Shown in pieces: positions 1 through 14,242 of a DNA stretch of 64,000 nt; within the stretch, counting starts at the first letter, position 1, and each line of letters begins with the position of its first letter. Below the pieces are notes generated by a model. It saw only the letters and a list, made by a program, of their open reading frames with translations. It was not told where the DNA came from and ran no database searches. Both the position numbers and the translations under genes were made by a program. The DNA comes from Schmidtea polychroa. Taxonomy: Eukaryota. The stretch is from contig CM097885.1 of NCBI GenBank assembly GCA_044892525.1, forward strand, positions 14,696,001-14,760,000, written 5' to 3'.

Positions 1-272
1 ATGGAATGTTCTGGGTTTTTCTAGAATTTTTACTGTTTTTACTGTCTTTAAATTATTCGAGTTTGTTTTTTGTAACTCTATGTTTCTTTGCTATTTTTGA
101 GTTAAATTTTTGCACAACTTGCATTTGTCTTATTTTATTTACTTTCTGGGTTTATATTTTTTGTTGTTTTCCTTCTTAATTAATACTGTTTACTTGGTGT
201 ATTTTCTAATATTTACTGTGCTTTTTCCAGTCACAAGTTAGTTTTGGGTTTAGAAATCAGTTCTAGCCCAAC
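1..272 (+). repeat. 3' part of an LTR-like dispersed repeat ending ...gaaatcagttctagcccaaca
   Basis: The same terminal string (tttgggtt-agaaatcagttctagcccaaca) recurs at ~47509-47539. The atggaatgttctgg motif recurs at 5170 and as reverse complement at ~47042. The CA end suggests an LTR. Confidence 0.5.
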
Positions 273-993
273 ATTATATATAAATTATTTAAATTAAAAT
301 TTGATTCGCTAATATTTAAATCAAAATCGAAATAAATGTATAAATGATGTTTCGAACAAATAATAAATTAAAACTTGATATAATCATATTTTCATTATAA
401 TAAATTTTGAAGTTGCCACTTGTAATAATTCTCCGCGGATCCGTTTTGAAAACGATATTCGCTATTAATTGAACTGATTTAGCAATGGATCGGAATTTTT
501 TAGCTTCTAACAATATTTCTTGGTAACGCATTTTTCTGTAAATTGCGTTTTTGTATGTTAAAGAAATCTTTTTTTTGCTTTGTAAATTAATTAATTATAA
601 ATTGATAGTTTTAATATAGATTATTTAATATAATGTTAGTAAATATAGATATTGATGAAATTTTTACTTAATTTCGTATCAAATGAATAAAATAAAAACA
701 CACACACATATATATATATTTAATTAGGGAATTAAAATTGGAATTTTCGAGGAAAAACTTTTTCTCCCAATTTAGAAATCCCTTACTTATACGATGTATC
801 TACAATTTATATTACATGTGACTTCAAAATCTCACTAGGAATGTTAGGGAATTTTTTTATATTTGACATCCGACTTGACCTACTTAATTTTAAAATGAGT
901 TGACCTATTTATTTTTATTTTCAATTGACCTATTTTCGTCCAGGGGGTGGCCTTTATTTAATGGGCTAATCTAATATCTCTGATTATTTTTAA

Positions 994-1226
994 CCCTTTC
1001 GCTGCGGATTGCTTCTTGAAATTCTTGAAGTATTTGTTTCACCAAATTGTTTTGGAATTCTTTTATAGGTTGTTTCGTTTTGTTTAGGTAATTATATAAT
1101 ATAGATGAATTTAAAATTGCTAAATCAAAGCAAACTATTTTGAAACAATATGCGAATATACTCGTTTTGAGCGTATGTGGCACGGTTTTTTTTTTGCGAT
1201 AATATACGTGCGGAGCAGCGAACGGG
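994..1226 (-). mobile_element. piggyBac-derived mini-element (MITE) retaining a transposase fragment
   Basis: TTAA-ccctttcgctgc ... gcagcgaacggg-TTAA (12-bp TIR with 1 mismatch, TTAA TSD). The minus strand reads FDLAILNSSILY, similar to the piggyBac C-terminal core. Confidence 0.8.
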
Positions 1227-4200
1227 TTAATAAATCAAGGTTTATGCTCATATAATTTGTTCCGGTACTAAATTTTACTGCTATTTTGTTTGGTGATAAT
1301 AAAATTAAGTTACAAGGACACATAATTCATCCTAAGGTATTTTTAGGATCTTCAATAATTACTATTTTTCTTTCATAAATATAGTTAAAACTAAATCTGG
1401 AAAAAGCATTGCAATTTTAGTATGATAATAAAATAAAACACGTTTAGACATACAAATAAACATAAGCAAAATTAAAATGATAGTTGTTATTAATAAAGTT
1501 CTATCGTAAACTGAAATCTGAAAGCAAAAATTTTCAATATCCTTAGAATGACTGAATTTTTTTTCATGTCTTACAACATCGAATTAATTACAACAATGAA
1601 AATTACTCCGGTGAGCTACGAATATTTTGTTTCTGATTTTTTATTATTTGAGTATATTTTCTCCACTTATCTGTATGTTTTAATTAGGTATGCTATTGGT
1701 TCTTTAGTTTTAAATGAACCCTCATTGATTATTTCTGTTAATTAGCTTGATAAATCTTATAGTTTTGATAATCTGACTATCAGCAATTTTTGTCATTATG
1801 AGCTTCTTCGTTTCTTTTTTGACCTTTGATATGATTTCATTATCGTATTTATTGATATTTTCTTTGGTTATGTCTGAGTTTTGAGTTTAAGGTTTGATAT
1901 TCTTCAATTTTCTTGTTTAACTTATAAATGACGATCATAAAATTTTACAAATATAATACAAAAATTTCTTACAAAAACTCATTTCAAAACATTTATAATT
2001 TATAAAATAATTTAGTATAAAGGTGGTTTATTTGAAGGTAAATATTAAAAATTGGTCTAAAATTACACTAGAAATTCCATATTCAAATATCTGCACCATA
2101 TCGCCACCAAACCATACCCAGTGCATTCCACCTAACATTTTATTCCGTCACATAAGAATGCTTTCATCCTATTTACTTGACAGTTACACTTCCATTCAGT
2201 ATCCTCGTATTTCCATCATTTGGTTTCACACTTTCACTTGGTATTTTTCGTTTAATTGTTTGATTTCTTCTCAGGTACATGATTCAAAAGTGTTTAACAT
2301 TTTCGATTTAAAAAAATATTCCATTCACACAAATTATATTACAACCACTCCTCGCGTCTGTGTGTTTGACACAGAAACCACCACAACCACGCACAAATAG
2401 CCATCTGACTGGTCGAAATAAATACTCTTGTAGAAATTGTGACCGAAATGGATTTTTTTCATCTGCCCATCAACATAGAAATTTTATTTCCATAATTTTC
2501 AAGAAAAATCATCTCTAAATATATATTAATTTAAATTTTAAATCTTTTTAAAATTTGAAACAAAATCACCCTAAAATTCTTTACAGAAGTCATTTACATT
2601 TATTTTTCGTACTTTTACTTTCTACAAAGAATTTGACCCGAAATTTGTGGCACACATTTTTAATGTTTTTTTCTTTGATCAACCATAACCTTCAACAACA
2701 AAACTACTGTTAAATTTTTTATTTTTATTTCAAATCATTTTATTCCTATCAAAAAGCAGAATTCTTGTAATTTTGTTCAACTTTCTTATTTTTTATTTGT
2801 CAGATTTATTGACTTACACCATTTCCAAATTGAATCTGCTATAATTAGACAATTTTGACGTCATATTCACGTAACAATTTTGTGGTTGTATTGAAAATAG
2901 ACAAAAAAATCAACTTTTATTTTAATATAACAAAAGGCTACTCGGGCAGAAGGGGAGATAGATTCTCAACCCTTGATGGTTCTAAAACTGTTTCTTTGAC
3001 ATCATTGAACGCTGTGTTGTGGCTCAAGCGTTAAACTTGGTTGGATTGTTGTTGTCTGATAAAGTTTGATTGTTATAATATTAGCGGAATGAGGTGTATT
3101 AAGGCTAAGGTAGTGGTAGTAGAGATGAAGGTAGTGGTAGTGATGATGGATGAAGGTAGTAGTGATGATGGGTGAAGGTAGTAGGATAAAGCACAGGCTG
3201 TATCGGTCAGATGTTGTAATATTGGATGGTAGTGGTAGCAGCAGTAGTGACAGTAATTTGAGGGTAGTAGCAGTAATGATGGTAGGTCGCAACAGTAATG
3301 ATGGGTGAAGGTATGATAGTATATTAATGATCTTTGATAACAAAGATTAAAATAATCAAACACACAACAAAAACCATTAAAAAGAACAACGGCTCAGAGA
3401 TAATACATGATGGGCCTCTTAGTTAGATTGGTTTTGGATTCAGGATGGGCTTCAGAGAGGATTCAGTTGGATTGGTTTACTTCTTATTGGTATTTACTTT
3501 AATCGGTATTTACTTCAATCGGCATTCATTCCATTTCAAAAATAAATAGCATTTATTACATTTAAAAAATAATCGGCATTTACTTTTTTTTGTTAATTTA
3601 AGTGAATCGGCCGGTAAAAGTTCAGATTTAAACAAATATATATTGACGATTTAATTTCCATTATAAAATATTTAAATACTTTAATTTAATTGTAGATAAT
3701 TAATTTTAAAAATTGTCGACTATAAATATAATCCAGTGCAAATTACAATTTAATATAAATAAGGTAAATTAAAATTTTAAATTACTATAGTTGATGATGA
3801 GCAAGAGTTTCTTCTTTTCTGAACTTTGTAGTTCAGGTTTTGGGGCATATTCTGGATCATATTTTGCTTCTGATTCCCAATCATAATAGGTTCCATAAGT
3901 ATAGATCTGGTCAGTTAGGAAAAGAATTTCTTGATAATAGAGAGCTTCAATCCTGTTGGTTTCCTGGCATAGGGTCATATTCCCATGAGATGGCTCCTCG
4001 GTCTCTAACATGCTGAAAATCGTTTATGAGGAGAAGAAGGATTGCTGCATAATCACGAGTAGGATTGGTTTGTAAGAAGATGCTGATTGAGATAATTCGG
4101 TCCTGTAGTCGCTTAGCTGTGCTGGTTGTAAAGCGTCTTCTTGCTTGGGGGATTAAGCTACCCAGGTTGTCGTATATCCACATCCCATTGTTTGAGTGGC

Positions 4201-4467
4201 CTATAATATTGAAAGGGTTATATGAATGAATATAACTTGAAGTATTTCCTATTTGTCCCATGGTTAAGATTGTATTGTGTATGGCGTGGCACACATATCG
4301 AGCAATGCTTTATTTTTAACGTTTTATTTTTAAGATATTCTTCACTGTCATTTACTTGAATGGGGTTTCTTTTATGTAATTAATAACGATATTATTCACT
4401 GTACAATTTGACTGCCTCCTAAAATATATTATAATATTTTGCGAATTAATATCTTAAATTACATAAA

Positions 4468-4683
4468 CCCTTTACAGCTATTTTTTTTTTTATTTGATGT
4501 GCACACAGTATAGGTTATGCACACTGGTACAATTGTTTTACTGTCATCTAATACAACTTTAATACGAATTCAACATTGCCAACTGTTGGAAATACATCTA
4601 GCTTCAATTCACATTAGTCGCTGCCAACATATTTAATCGTTGAAAGACAAAAATTTAATTTTGAATCCCTGGGCTGGAATGGG
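4468..4683. mobile_element. piggyBac-type MITE
   Basis: Ends ccctttacagc / gggctggaatggg resemble the TIR ccctttccagccc at 11401. Flanked by TAAA on both sides. Confidence 0.6.
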
Positions 4684-4899
4684 TAAAATTTCCATTGTTT
4701 CCTCTATTTATGCAATTATGTAGAAATCCCGAAAGTTTAATTTAAATGACTTCAAATTAAACTATATTCACAAAAAACTACACGATATATATTTAAATAA
4801 AAACATTTTTTTCTTTTTTAAACATGAATTAATTATAAATATGTCTTTTTATTAAATATGTAATTTTTTACAAAAAACTACCCATGTAAAATCACTAGA

Positions 4900-5270
4900 G
4901 TGGTAAATTCGAGATTTTGCTAGAGCAACTTAACAATAAATGGAAAAGATGTGCGGAATGAAAATGCAGAAAGGCAATTATTGTATTATATTAATGAATT
5001 GTTCTTATCCTATGTTCTTGTTTTTGGTAATGTACCCATATTTAGTTAAAAAAAGCCATGTAAATCAACAAAAGTTAGTAAAAATAAACTAATTAGTTTT
5101 AAAAATAAAAATTAGGAAAAAGAATTTAAGGAAAAAACATTAATAAATTAAAGTTAACTTTAATTTAATATGGAATGTTCTGGAATTGCGAAAATCCATC
5201 ATGGAGGTAAATTTAACAAAAAATAATTAAAGAATAAAAATTTTAAAATAAAAATAAAAATTATGGCTAC
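4900..5270 (-). repeat. inverted copy of the LTR-like repeat at ~46.9-47.5 kb
   Basis: 5170-5240 (atggaatgttctggaattgcgaaaatccatcatggaggtaaattt) is the near reverse complement of ~47000-47056. Boundaries approximate. Confidence 0.5.
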
Positions 5271-5602
5271 ATCGTTAGAACACAAAGACTATAAATTTCC
5301 CAGCTGTAATTTTAGTTTCATGAATATTGCTCCCTATTATAAATGTCTATATCTCTCACTATTTCACCGCCTAGATATAAATGCAGCCATTAAATTTGGA
5401 TGACTAGTTACCAGGGACTAAATCAATAATATCCAGCTACACTGTGTTCATTCGATTTATGAAACGAGAAGAAATAAAATATCCAATTCATCTTCATTGC
5501 ATAGTGTACTAAACCATAAAACACACGCTATCAAAATAAAAGATCGGATCGTTTGGAAGATTTATTCATATAATAGTTTGATATCTAACTTGATAAATAA
5601 CA

Positions 5603-5734
<132 letters not shown>

Positions 5735-7720
5735 TTTTTATTATATATAATAATTTTGTGTCTATTATATGCTTAACCCTTTCTCATAATTATTCATAAT
5801 AATTTAATAGTTAGCTTTCGTAACTTAGAAGTATATATGATTATGAACCTATAAATACCATACTATGACTACCTTTAATTTTATTAAACCTATTTTATGG
5901 TAATAGGTTATATGCCAAAATACATCCGTCATCTGAATGAAAGCGAGGTTAAATGATTTTATTCATAAGTATTTATACTCTCATATTAACCTTATATATT
6001 ATCTAAGGACATAAATCTATAATCTAGACTTCATAATTGTATTAATGTTCATTTACAGATCACTCCCGAGTAAAATTCGATATAGAAAATTTTATAGATC
6101 ACCTTATGTCCTAGGCGTATATACTAATAGTATTTATATATAATATTTGCTTATCAATATTACTTGTATGAATATATACTTCTTATAAAATGTATAGATA
6201 ATAATATTGTAGATTATTTATAGCTATTCATAGTAATATACTATAATATACTATTCATAATATATACTATTTACAAATTCATAACCTATAATTTTGCAAA
6301 TTAACCCCTATAATATCCTATACCTAAATATTTACATTAATATTACTTATATATACTAATTATAAAAATTTCTGAAAAAATTCATTATAATTTTATAAAT
6401 CACCCCCCATAACTACTTATGTATGATTATTCATAGTAATATTATTTATATATACTACTTATAAAATGTATAAACTATAATGTTACAATTTAACCCCTTA
6501 TAATACCCTATATAGAGATATTAATTTAATATTACCTATATATACTAATTACAAATATATATTTATAAATTTTATAAACTTTGCAATTTTATAAATCACC
6601 CCCCTTAACTACCATTTGTGCCAATAGCTTGTAAACTGGGAACTATTATAAAGCCATCCATAGGGGATCTCTTTTGGTCTAACGCGCATTCAGCGGATGA
6701 CCACCGGCGCATGGACACGGATGAATCGTTAATAGAACCGGAAATTGAAATAGGCTATGCTAAAATAGAAGTCAAGTAAGACGAACAACAATAATAATAT
6801 TACCATAATCATTGTGAAGCGGAAACTGGATCATCGGGACCAAGTTTTTGTACGAATAAACCACGACTGAAGCATAGTCAACGATCTGAGATTTACGATT
6901 GGGTTAAGAGCTTAATAAGAATATTATTATTATAGTAAAATGAAATTCGAATAATGATTCTTACTAAAAACAAAGGTTATTATAATAAAACAAAGGTTAC
7001 CATGGTTAATTTTATTAACTTCATACTGTAATCACCATTAAATATCTAATCTGTTCTACCGCTTAAATACAATTCGATTTTTAACATAGAATATGAATTG
7101 ATTCCCAATAAAAAATAGGATTCTGATAAATTCACAATTTGATTTCCAATATAAAATATGATATTGATAAAGCCTTAATTTAATGCCTAAATTCTCTACC
7201 ATTTAAGTATAATGTAAGTTAATATAAAATATGGTTTAGGTAAATTCCTGATGTGAATCCATTAAACTTTCAATTTGAGCTATAAAAGTAATCTAATTTC
7301 TAACATAAATTACGATTCGTGTAATATAATTTACCATTTGACCCCTCGTTGATGCTACTACTTAGTCGAAGCTCTAATAAGACATTGGGATTAAAAAGCA
7401 AGACTGAACTCGTCATCGCTTTTGAATTTTCTCATCCTATTTAGAAATGTCTCAATCTAGTGCAAGCAGCGAAGACGACCGACACGATGCAATGATAACA
7501 CGACTTCGTACCCGCTATATATGGTATCGAATCCATGACTGGAATCGGGGCATGGATCTCGATAACTGGGGTCCGGTAATTTGCAGTGGACCAGAACCCC
7601 ATGCACCTGCATGGGTAAAAACGGATGGGCGATAACGATGATAATATTAACGAAGTCAAAATAGTCATAGTAATAATAACGATTGCAATAAATCATAATA
7701 AAAATATCAGTAGCCATCAT

Positions 7721-9890
7721 AGTAGGGTAACATGTGGACCCGGGGACAAATAAATATGGCGTCATCGATGACGTAACAAAGAAATATTACGCCATACCCG
7801 GGGATGGTTTTTTGCTTAATGTCAAAGTCAATTTTAGGACAGTGTAAGGTCAAATTTTAAGGCCAGTTGATTTAGGACAGTTTAAGGTCAAATTCTGAGG
7901 TCAAACTGTCAAATAGTCGAAAATTCTTGAATCAGTATTAAACACAAATTATGTTTTGTGTTAATGTGTTAACATAATTATGTTGGATGGTAATAATTTT
8001 AAATTTGATTAAGATTTTAAAAATCACGGTGATAAAAAGGAAGTATATGACGAAATAAAGAATGATAATTACTAATATTTAATATTACCTAAATGTTGCT
8101 ATAAAAATCTTAAAAACATTAAATTTTAAGAACAAAATATTAAAATAACGTTAATTTGACTTCACAATCAAAAATGATTGAAAGCTTCGAATAAGTTATT
8201 TAAAATAATTAAAATTATATAAATATTTACTATTTACATATTTAAATAAATTTTATTTTTACTAAATTGAATTTAATAAATTGAATAAATAAATTAAAGA
8301 TTTCTGTTTCCTAATTTAAATTTTCATAATTTAAAAAACCAAAAAATAAAACGTTGTTAAAACGTTGACAAATATTGACAAAATCTTTTCTAAATTTTCT
8401 CAATAAAGCAAAATCCCAACATTTAATATATTTAATTAATTAAAACTGTGATCCTCGCAAGATATAATAAAGATTAGGTCTCTTTGCTAAAATGTTTTCT
8501 CTAAGTTAAGGTGGTAACTTTCTTTTTACCATCGAGGCTATTGATCAGCTATCAAAGAGTATTCAGAATTTATTTTTATCACTTTACTTGCAGACAAACT
8601 CTACCTCATTCTAAATTAAAAGATTTGGTACTGGGACGCTCATGTCTCATATACGGTACGAATTTTATTTAATTGAATTAAATTCTAAATTTTTTCTACA
8701 TGATCAAATTATTAGAGGTTCAGTGATCCTTTGATTGCAGAGGTTTTATAATTAATATCTTTGGATGGTTTGAGTTACCAAAATGATGGTATATGGTTAA
8801 TACTTAGATTGTAAGTTGTAGTTGTTGATCTCTAGGATGTCTAATTTTTTGGTGATCATTTGTGGATATTTTAATACTAAAGTAGTCAGAGATGTTCTTC
8901 CCAATATCAACACTAGGAGGACTTTAGTATGACCAGTACCCTTGCTAGCAATACCCATAGGGGAACAAAATAACTTGTCGGAGAGCTCCCAAAATATAGG
9001 TTAATATGAAAAACATTGACGATATTTGTTTCATCTCTAGTATTTTGCCTTATAAAATATTATGAGGTTAGTAGATATGCAAGAAATAGATAATCTAGCT
9101 ATATTCCATCAGATCTTGTCTTTGACTCTTCTGATTTGCCAATGAAATTGTGCCATATCCCGAAATTTGAGGCTAAAAATCCTGGATTTGCGATTAATGT
9201 TCTTTCGCATGAAGAATTTGACTTAATAAATGTTGATGATAAGGAAGTATTGAAACATCTTTTTCTAGATGTCATACATAGGTCTAAAGTTGTAGGTGGA
9301 ATTCCCATTAATTTAATGGAACAAAGAAAATGATAGAACTCACTAAAGAATTCACTGGAAGAATTCACGACTCAAACTCATTGCTACCTTTGCAAAAAGA
9401 TTATCAATATACCTGTTCAAGATCATGATCATTTTACAGGTCAATATCTCGGAGCAGCATTTCAAGATTGCAATTTGGGTAGAAGAATCACTCCGTCTTT
9501 ACCTGTTGTATTTCACAACCTCTGTGGATATGACATTCATCACATATTAAAATATGCAATTGGAAAATTTCCAGATTGGAATTTAAATGTTATTCCTCAA
9601 TCAACAGAAAAGTTTCTTATGCTTACAGCAACATCAAAAGGAAGAAGAATAAGATTCATTGATTCATTGCAATTTTTAAATAGCAGTTGGCAAATTTATC
9701 AAAAAACTTGCCAAGTCTTCCACTTACTTCAAAGTTTTTCAATAATAGGATTACCACCGATTTGGGATAGAGTTAGTCAAGAAGATTACATATATGCAAA
9801 TCTGGCAACAATACAACTGTGAGACGTTACAAGATTACATGCTAGTATATCTCAAGTTGGATGTTTTTCTATTAGCAGATATTTCACGAA
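7721..9890 (+). mobile_element. Maverick/Polinton relic: left terminus plus internally deleted pPolB fragments
   Basis: 7721 agtagggtaacatgtggacccggggacaaa matches the reverse complement of the terminus at 36663 (38 of the first 45 nt by hand count). 9000-9890 encodes pieces colinear with the PolBs (IPKFEAKNPG..HRSKVVGG, DHDHFTG, VFHNLCGYD, FIDS, YLKLDVFLLAD). Confidence 0.8.
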
Positions 9891-9933
9891 GATGGATTTG
9901 AGGCTCTGACTAGGGGATTTTGTAAGTAAATAG

Positions 9934-10163
9934 CAGGGTGCCCAAAGGCTAAAGAATGCTTGGCCAAAAATTGGCGATTATACAAAAAATGCTGACCTCA
10001 AAATTTTTTTAAATTAACGCGATTCACAAATTTATTTATATATATTAATCATTTCTTAAATTAAACTTATTTATAGAGTAAAGCAAGAACACATTAATTT
10101 TCTTAAAATTGAAAATCAATTAAAAAGAGATATGTCCAAATTCCCGCACTTTGGGCACCCCTG
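9934..10163. mobile_element. old MITE (hAT-like TIR cagggtgcccaaag)
   Basis: Inverted ends cagggtgcccaaag / ctttgggcacccctg. The TSD is not preserved. Confidence 0.45.
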
Positions 10164-10719
10164 ATCTATACAAACATATACAAAACAAATAGGATATCCT
10201 CACCATAACCCCTTATAAAATAATATATAAAATAACAGAATTTTTATTTGAAAATAATTCTTATTAATAATAATTTTTAAAAAAACATTAATACATATAC
10301 TCACATTTACTCGAACATATCCAGAAGCATATGCATCAGCATCTCAATATCGATATTATAAATTCCTTGAAAATATACGTAATTTAATAAAATAATAATA
10401 ATATAGCTTTTCGTCCAATAATATTCCTGCGCTTCAACTTTTGTATTAAATTGAAATATTTAGCAATCACTATCTAAAAAAAACATTATGATGTAACCTT
10501 TTGTCTTCGACTATAATGGTGAATCTGAATTCAATTTGCAATGCTTTTTTTAAAATACCCGTCAATTACCGTGATTTAAGATGAAATAGAAAATGAAATG
10601 AAAAACAGCTTTCTCTTTTCTGGGTATTATCAGAGAAAACCAGTTTTAATTGACAAAATAATCTCTACTTGTCACTTTTGATTTATCATTTGTCAGCAAA
10701 TGATTGTCTATTAGATTAT

Positions 10720-10900
10720 TTACAATTGCATTGAAGTGTTGGGGATTTGTTTGATTCTAAATTTGTATCTCGGTTCCCTTCTTTCTGGCCAAATATTCAC
10801 TCGGTACTTGTTCGGGTCTGCTTGTTTAGTATTTTGTAAGCTCGAAGTGTGTTGGTCCCAAATATTTCTATTTGAAATCCAAACTTGGTGGTGATTCTTA
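10720..10900 (-). pseudogene. fragment homologous to the C-terminus of the Gypsy accessory ORF at 39759-40331
   Basis: ADPNKYRVNIWPERR versus GPNRYRVNIFAERR. Confidence 0.5.
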
Positions 10901-11400
10901 TATAAATAAATCAATAAAACAAAGTCCCTTTTAGAAATTTTTATTAAAAATCAAAATTTATCTTCAATAAGAATGCAACTTTAATTCAATATAATTCAAT
11001 TCCAAAAATGTACAATATATTATGTAGATTTCTAATGCGTGTCTTATTGTGTGATATTCTAGGTTATTCACCAAATTTACTGATAGTACGACTAATGAAT
11101 TCTTCTTTTCTTTCCCCTCGTTATCCAACGTAAACATTAAACGTATAAATGTCAAATATAATAATTCTTTGAATTATCAGATTGCCTGAATGACTTTCGA
11201 GTTAGATTCATTCGTTTTTCTCTTCACAGTTATTTTATCTATACATTTTTCATCATTGAACGCCAATCTGCTTTATTATCAAATGTTTTACTAAAAGTAA
11301 TACACAAAAAAATACACATTTAGAATATACAATTTTGAATAAAGTATATTTTCGGTTTAATCCAAAAAATTATAAAATTATGCTACAATTCGAATCTTAA

Positions 11401-13100
11401 CCCTTTCCAGCCCAAATTTTTTCAAAACAAAAAAAAATATATGCAGTAAGTAGGTACCAAAACTATTTATTTTATCATAAAAATATTTTACTTCATTTTT
11501 TTGTTGCCCCCTTAGAAAAAATCAGTATGATTCCATTTGGCAACATTGGGCACATAGGTACCATACGTAAGATGGATAGATGGTAAAAATAAAATGCATT
11601 TTTCTTTGTTGTTACTAGTTTTTATTGTGATATATTTTAAAACAATTTTTTTCTTTTGCAAGACAAAGTGCAACTTTACATTTATCACATTGTGTTCTCG
11701 AGTATGATGATTTACATAATCGGCAGCGCTGTTTTTGTTCCACATGACTTGGCCAATGTCCTATGCCATCGTACTGAACATCTACAGTAGGAGTTATTGT
11801 TGTTACACGTTGTTTTTTTGGTATACTGGGAACCGTATCTGAAGGTCTTCCTCGTTTACGTTCTGTACTGCCCTCCTTATCAAATAGACCGTAACTGCAA
11901 AAATACACTTAGGAGATAAATAGCAAAACATTCAAGCATACCACCGCCATGAGCAGATACGGTCGATGTAAGTAATCAAATTTCTAAGGCCTCGGACTAG
12001 ATACGGTCTTATCGCTAAGCAGAATGAAGGTTAATTGCAACTGCATACAGTTGACGCCTCTAACTCGATTTTTGTAGTTTTGTCAGTTACGGTCTATTTG
12101 ATAAGTAGGGCAGTGTAGACTTGCCAACTAACAACAGGCCATTCGCAATTTCTGCTTGAAATTTTATAAGTGGCATATGTTTATTGCCATTCTGTTGGCA
12201 GTGTCGTCTATACAAAAGCCAAGAATTAACGATACAAATATTTATGAAGTGAAATATTATTCGTAAATAGAACCTTTTGCCCTTTATATTTATACGATAG
12301 AGTTCTACGAGCATATCGTGAAGATCGACACCTCCCATAAACATATTGTATTCTTTTACAATGGCTGGTCGTTGGATGTGTACATATTTTTTGGAAGCTA
12401 ATGACCATCTTTTGATGGTATCAAATGGTAAATGCCCTACATAGTTCGATGCCAAATGAACTGGTTTGTTATCTAGCCATTTTGTCACAGTAATGTTATT
12501 TGTAACGTCTGTTCTGAAGTCAAACGATCCTCTGCCTCGTCGTTTTAGAATGGAGTCCGCTTCTAAATCTATGCCAGGCATACGGCATGCACGCACTGTA
12601 CCAGTAGCCAAAAAACCTTTTTCATTCAGTGCAACTAATAATTTATGAGATGTGAACCAGTTGTCCATGAACACTTTGAAATTTTTATTTGGTTCTAAAT
12701 TTTCCAACAAGCGAAGAACAATGTGGCCACTTATACCCAAAGTACTCTCAGTTTTTGCGGTTCCTTTTCCAACATAAATTTCGTAGTCATATATGATACC
12801 ACTTGCCCCTGCACGGGCAAATACTTTGATGCCCCACTTGTGGGGTTTATTCCTTATATATTGTTTCAGAGAGTTTTTACCTTTGAAAGGTATCATTATT
12901 TCGTCAATTGAATTGAATTCTTCAGGTTCAATCTTACCCATATTATACTTCACCTGGTTTAGAAATGGCCTAATTTTAAACAATTTGTCGTGGGCTGGAT
13001 CGATTCTTGCAAAGACTTTGTTGTTATCATTGAAGTGTAAAAATGTTCTAAGTTTATCGAATCCTCTGGACAATCTTCGTCTCTGTGCTGTGTACATAGA
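11401..13100 (-). mobile_element. piggyBac (PGBD3-like) transposon, 5'-truncated, interrupted by a MITE
   Basis: TTAA+ccctttccagccc terminus at 11397-11413. Transposase motifs SIDEIM, KPHKWGIK, FMDNWF, MGGVD, and a C-terminal Cys-rich domain RCRLC..CDKCKVALC..CF. Confidence 0.9.
11868..12113. mobile_element. 246-bp MITE with 30-bp TIRs and 4-bp TSD (TGTA)
   Basis: ctgccctccttatcaaatagaccgtaactg ... cagttacggtctatttgataagtagggcag, with TGTA at 11864-11867 and 12114-12117. Removing it restores the piggyBac frame LLLVGKSTERKRGRPS. Confidence 0.9.
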
Positions 13101-14242
13101 TACTCTAACGAGATTCCCTGTTTTGTTACGTATTTTTTATTTTCAGCACGTCGGTTACGATATTGTGCACCAGACAGTCGTTTTCTCTTCCATGGCGATA
13201 GAAATAATGAGGAAAACTAGAAAATAAAATTTTATTATAGTTTATTATTTTTCTATAATTTTAATTCATTTTTTGTAAATAGAACTTACAAATTACATAC
13301 AAAAATATCTAAGTCAAATGATTATAAATGACTTTGTAGAAGAGTATAATTAAATATATTCAACAATTCACATTAATAATGAAAAATGAATGAAAGTTAC
13401 TTTATTCAAATTTATTAATCAAATAAAATTCAAAGATCACAAAGTTTTGATTAATTCCAAACTCACAAAATTAAACGTTTCCAGAAATTCGATAATCACA
13501 AAATATCAAGATAAACAATTCCCAAGAAAGAAAGAAACGCCCACGCAGATGCTATTGTGTGTATATGTGTGTGTCAAATGCAGGGCAAATAAACCAATAG
13601 GTTAGGAATACCAGTAGATAGCTAATAGGCCGATATTTCTATGAGGAAAGAATCAAGTCAACATCTCTGAATAGCTGTACTCAATCATTAAAATCTCTGA
13701 AATTGCTGAAAAGTTTATTTTCTGTGTAAAAATCCTACCATTGATTGTTAAGTATAGGATATACTTCCCCCATCACTTCACTATCATTATAAAAATATTT
13801 ATCTGGTTTCATATTGTTACTTTTATCTTAAGATATCAATATCTTGGACACATTTTTCCCTTTCTAGTATATAAAATTGGTTCATCATCACTATCAAAAT
13901 AAGCCATCTAAAGGGTAATGGTTGACTATAAAAAGTAATTAAATGAATTGTTATGCCACCTTACTAGATATTATGATATTTGAGAAAATTTACAAGAGCA
14001 AAAAAACTTAAATTTAATCGATTGTAACAAATTTAAAATCTTGCGATATTGGAAAAATATCGTATCTTTAGAGAATTTTCATCTTGCATTCCATTTGAGA
14101 TATCCATAGAATATATATGTGCTTGCAAATTCAGATTGATAAAGAAATTACAATAATTTTTTCTTTCGTTGACATGCACTGCCCGACACAATTCATCTTA
14201 CATTATTTGAAATCCTACATATTGCAATTTTGATAGTGTAAA

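Noticed and set aside
6660..7700. GC-richer patches and the 62-aa ORF at 7447-7635
   Set aside because: No recognisable motif or consistent exon chain. Left unassigned.
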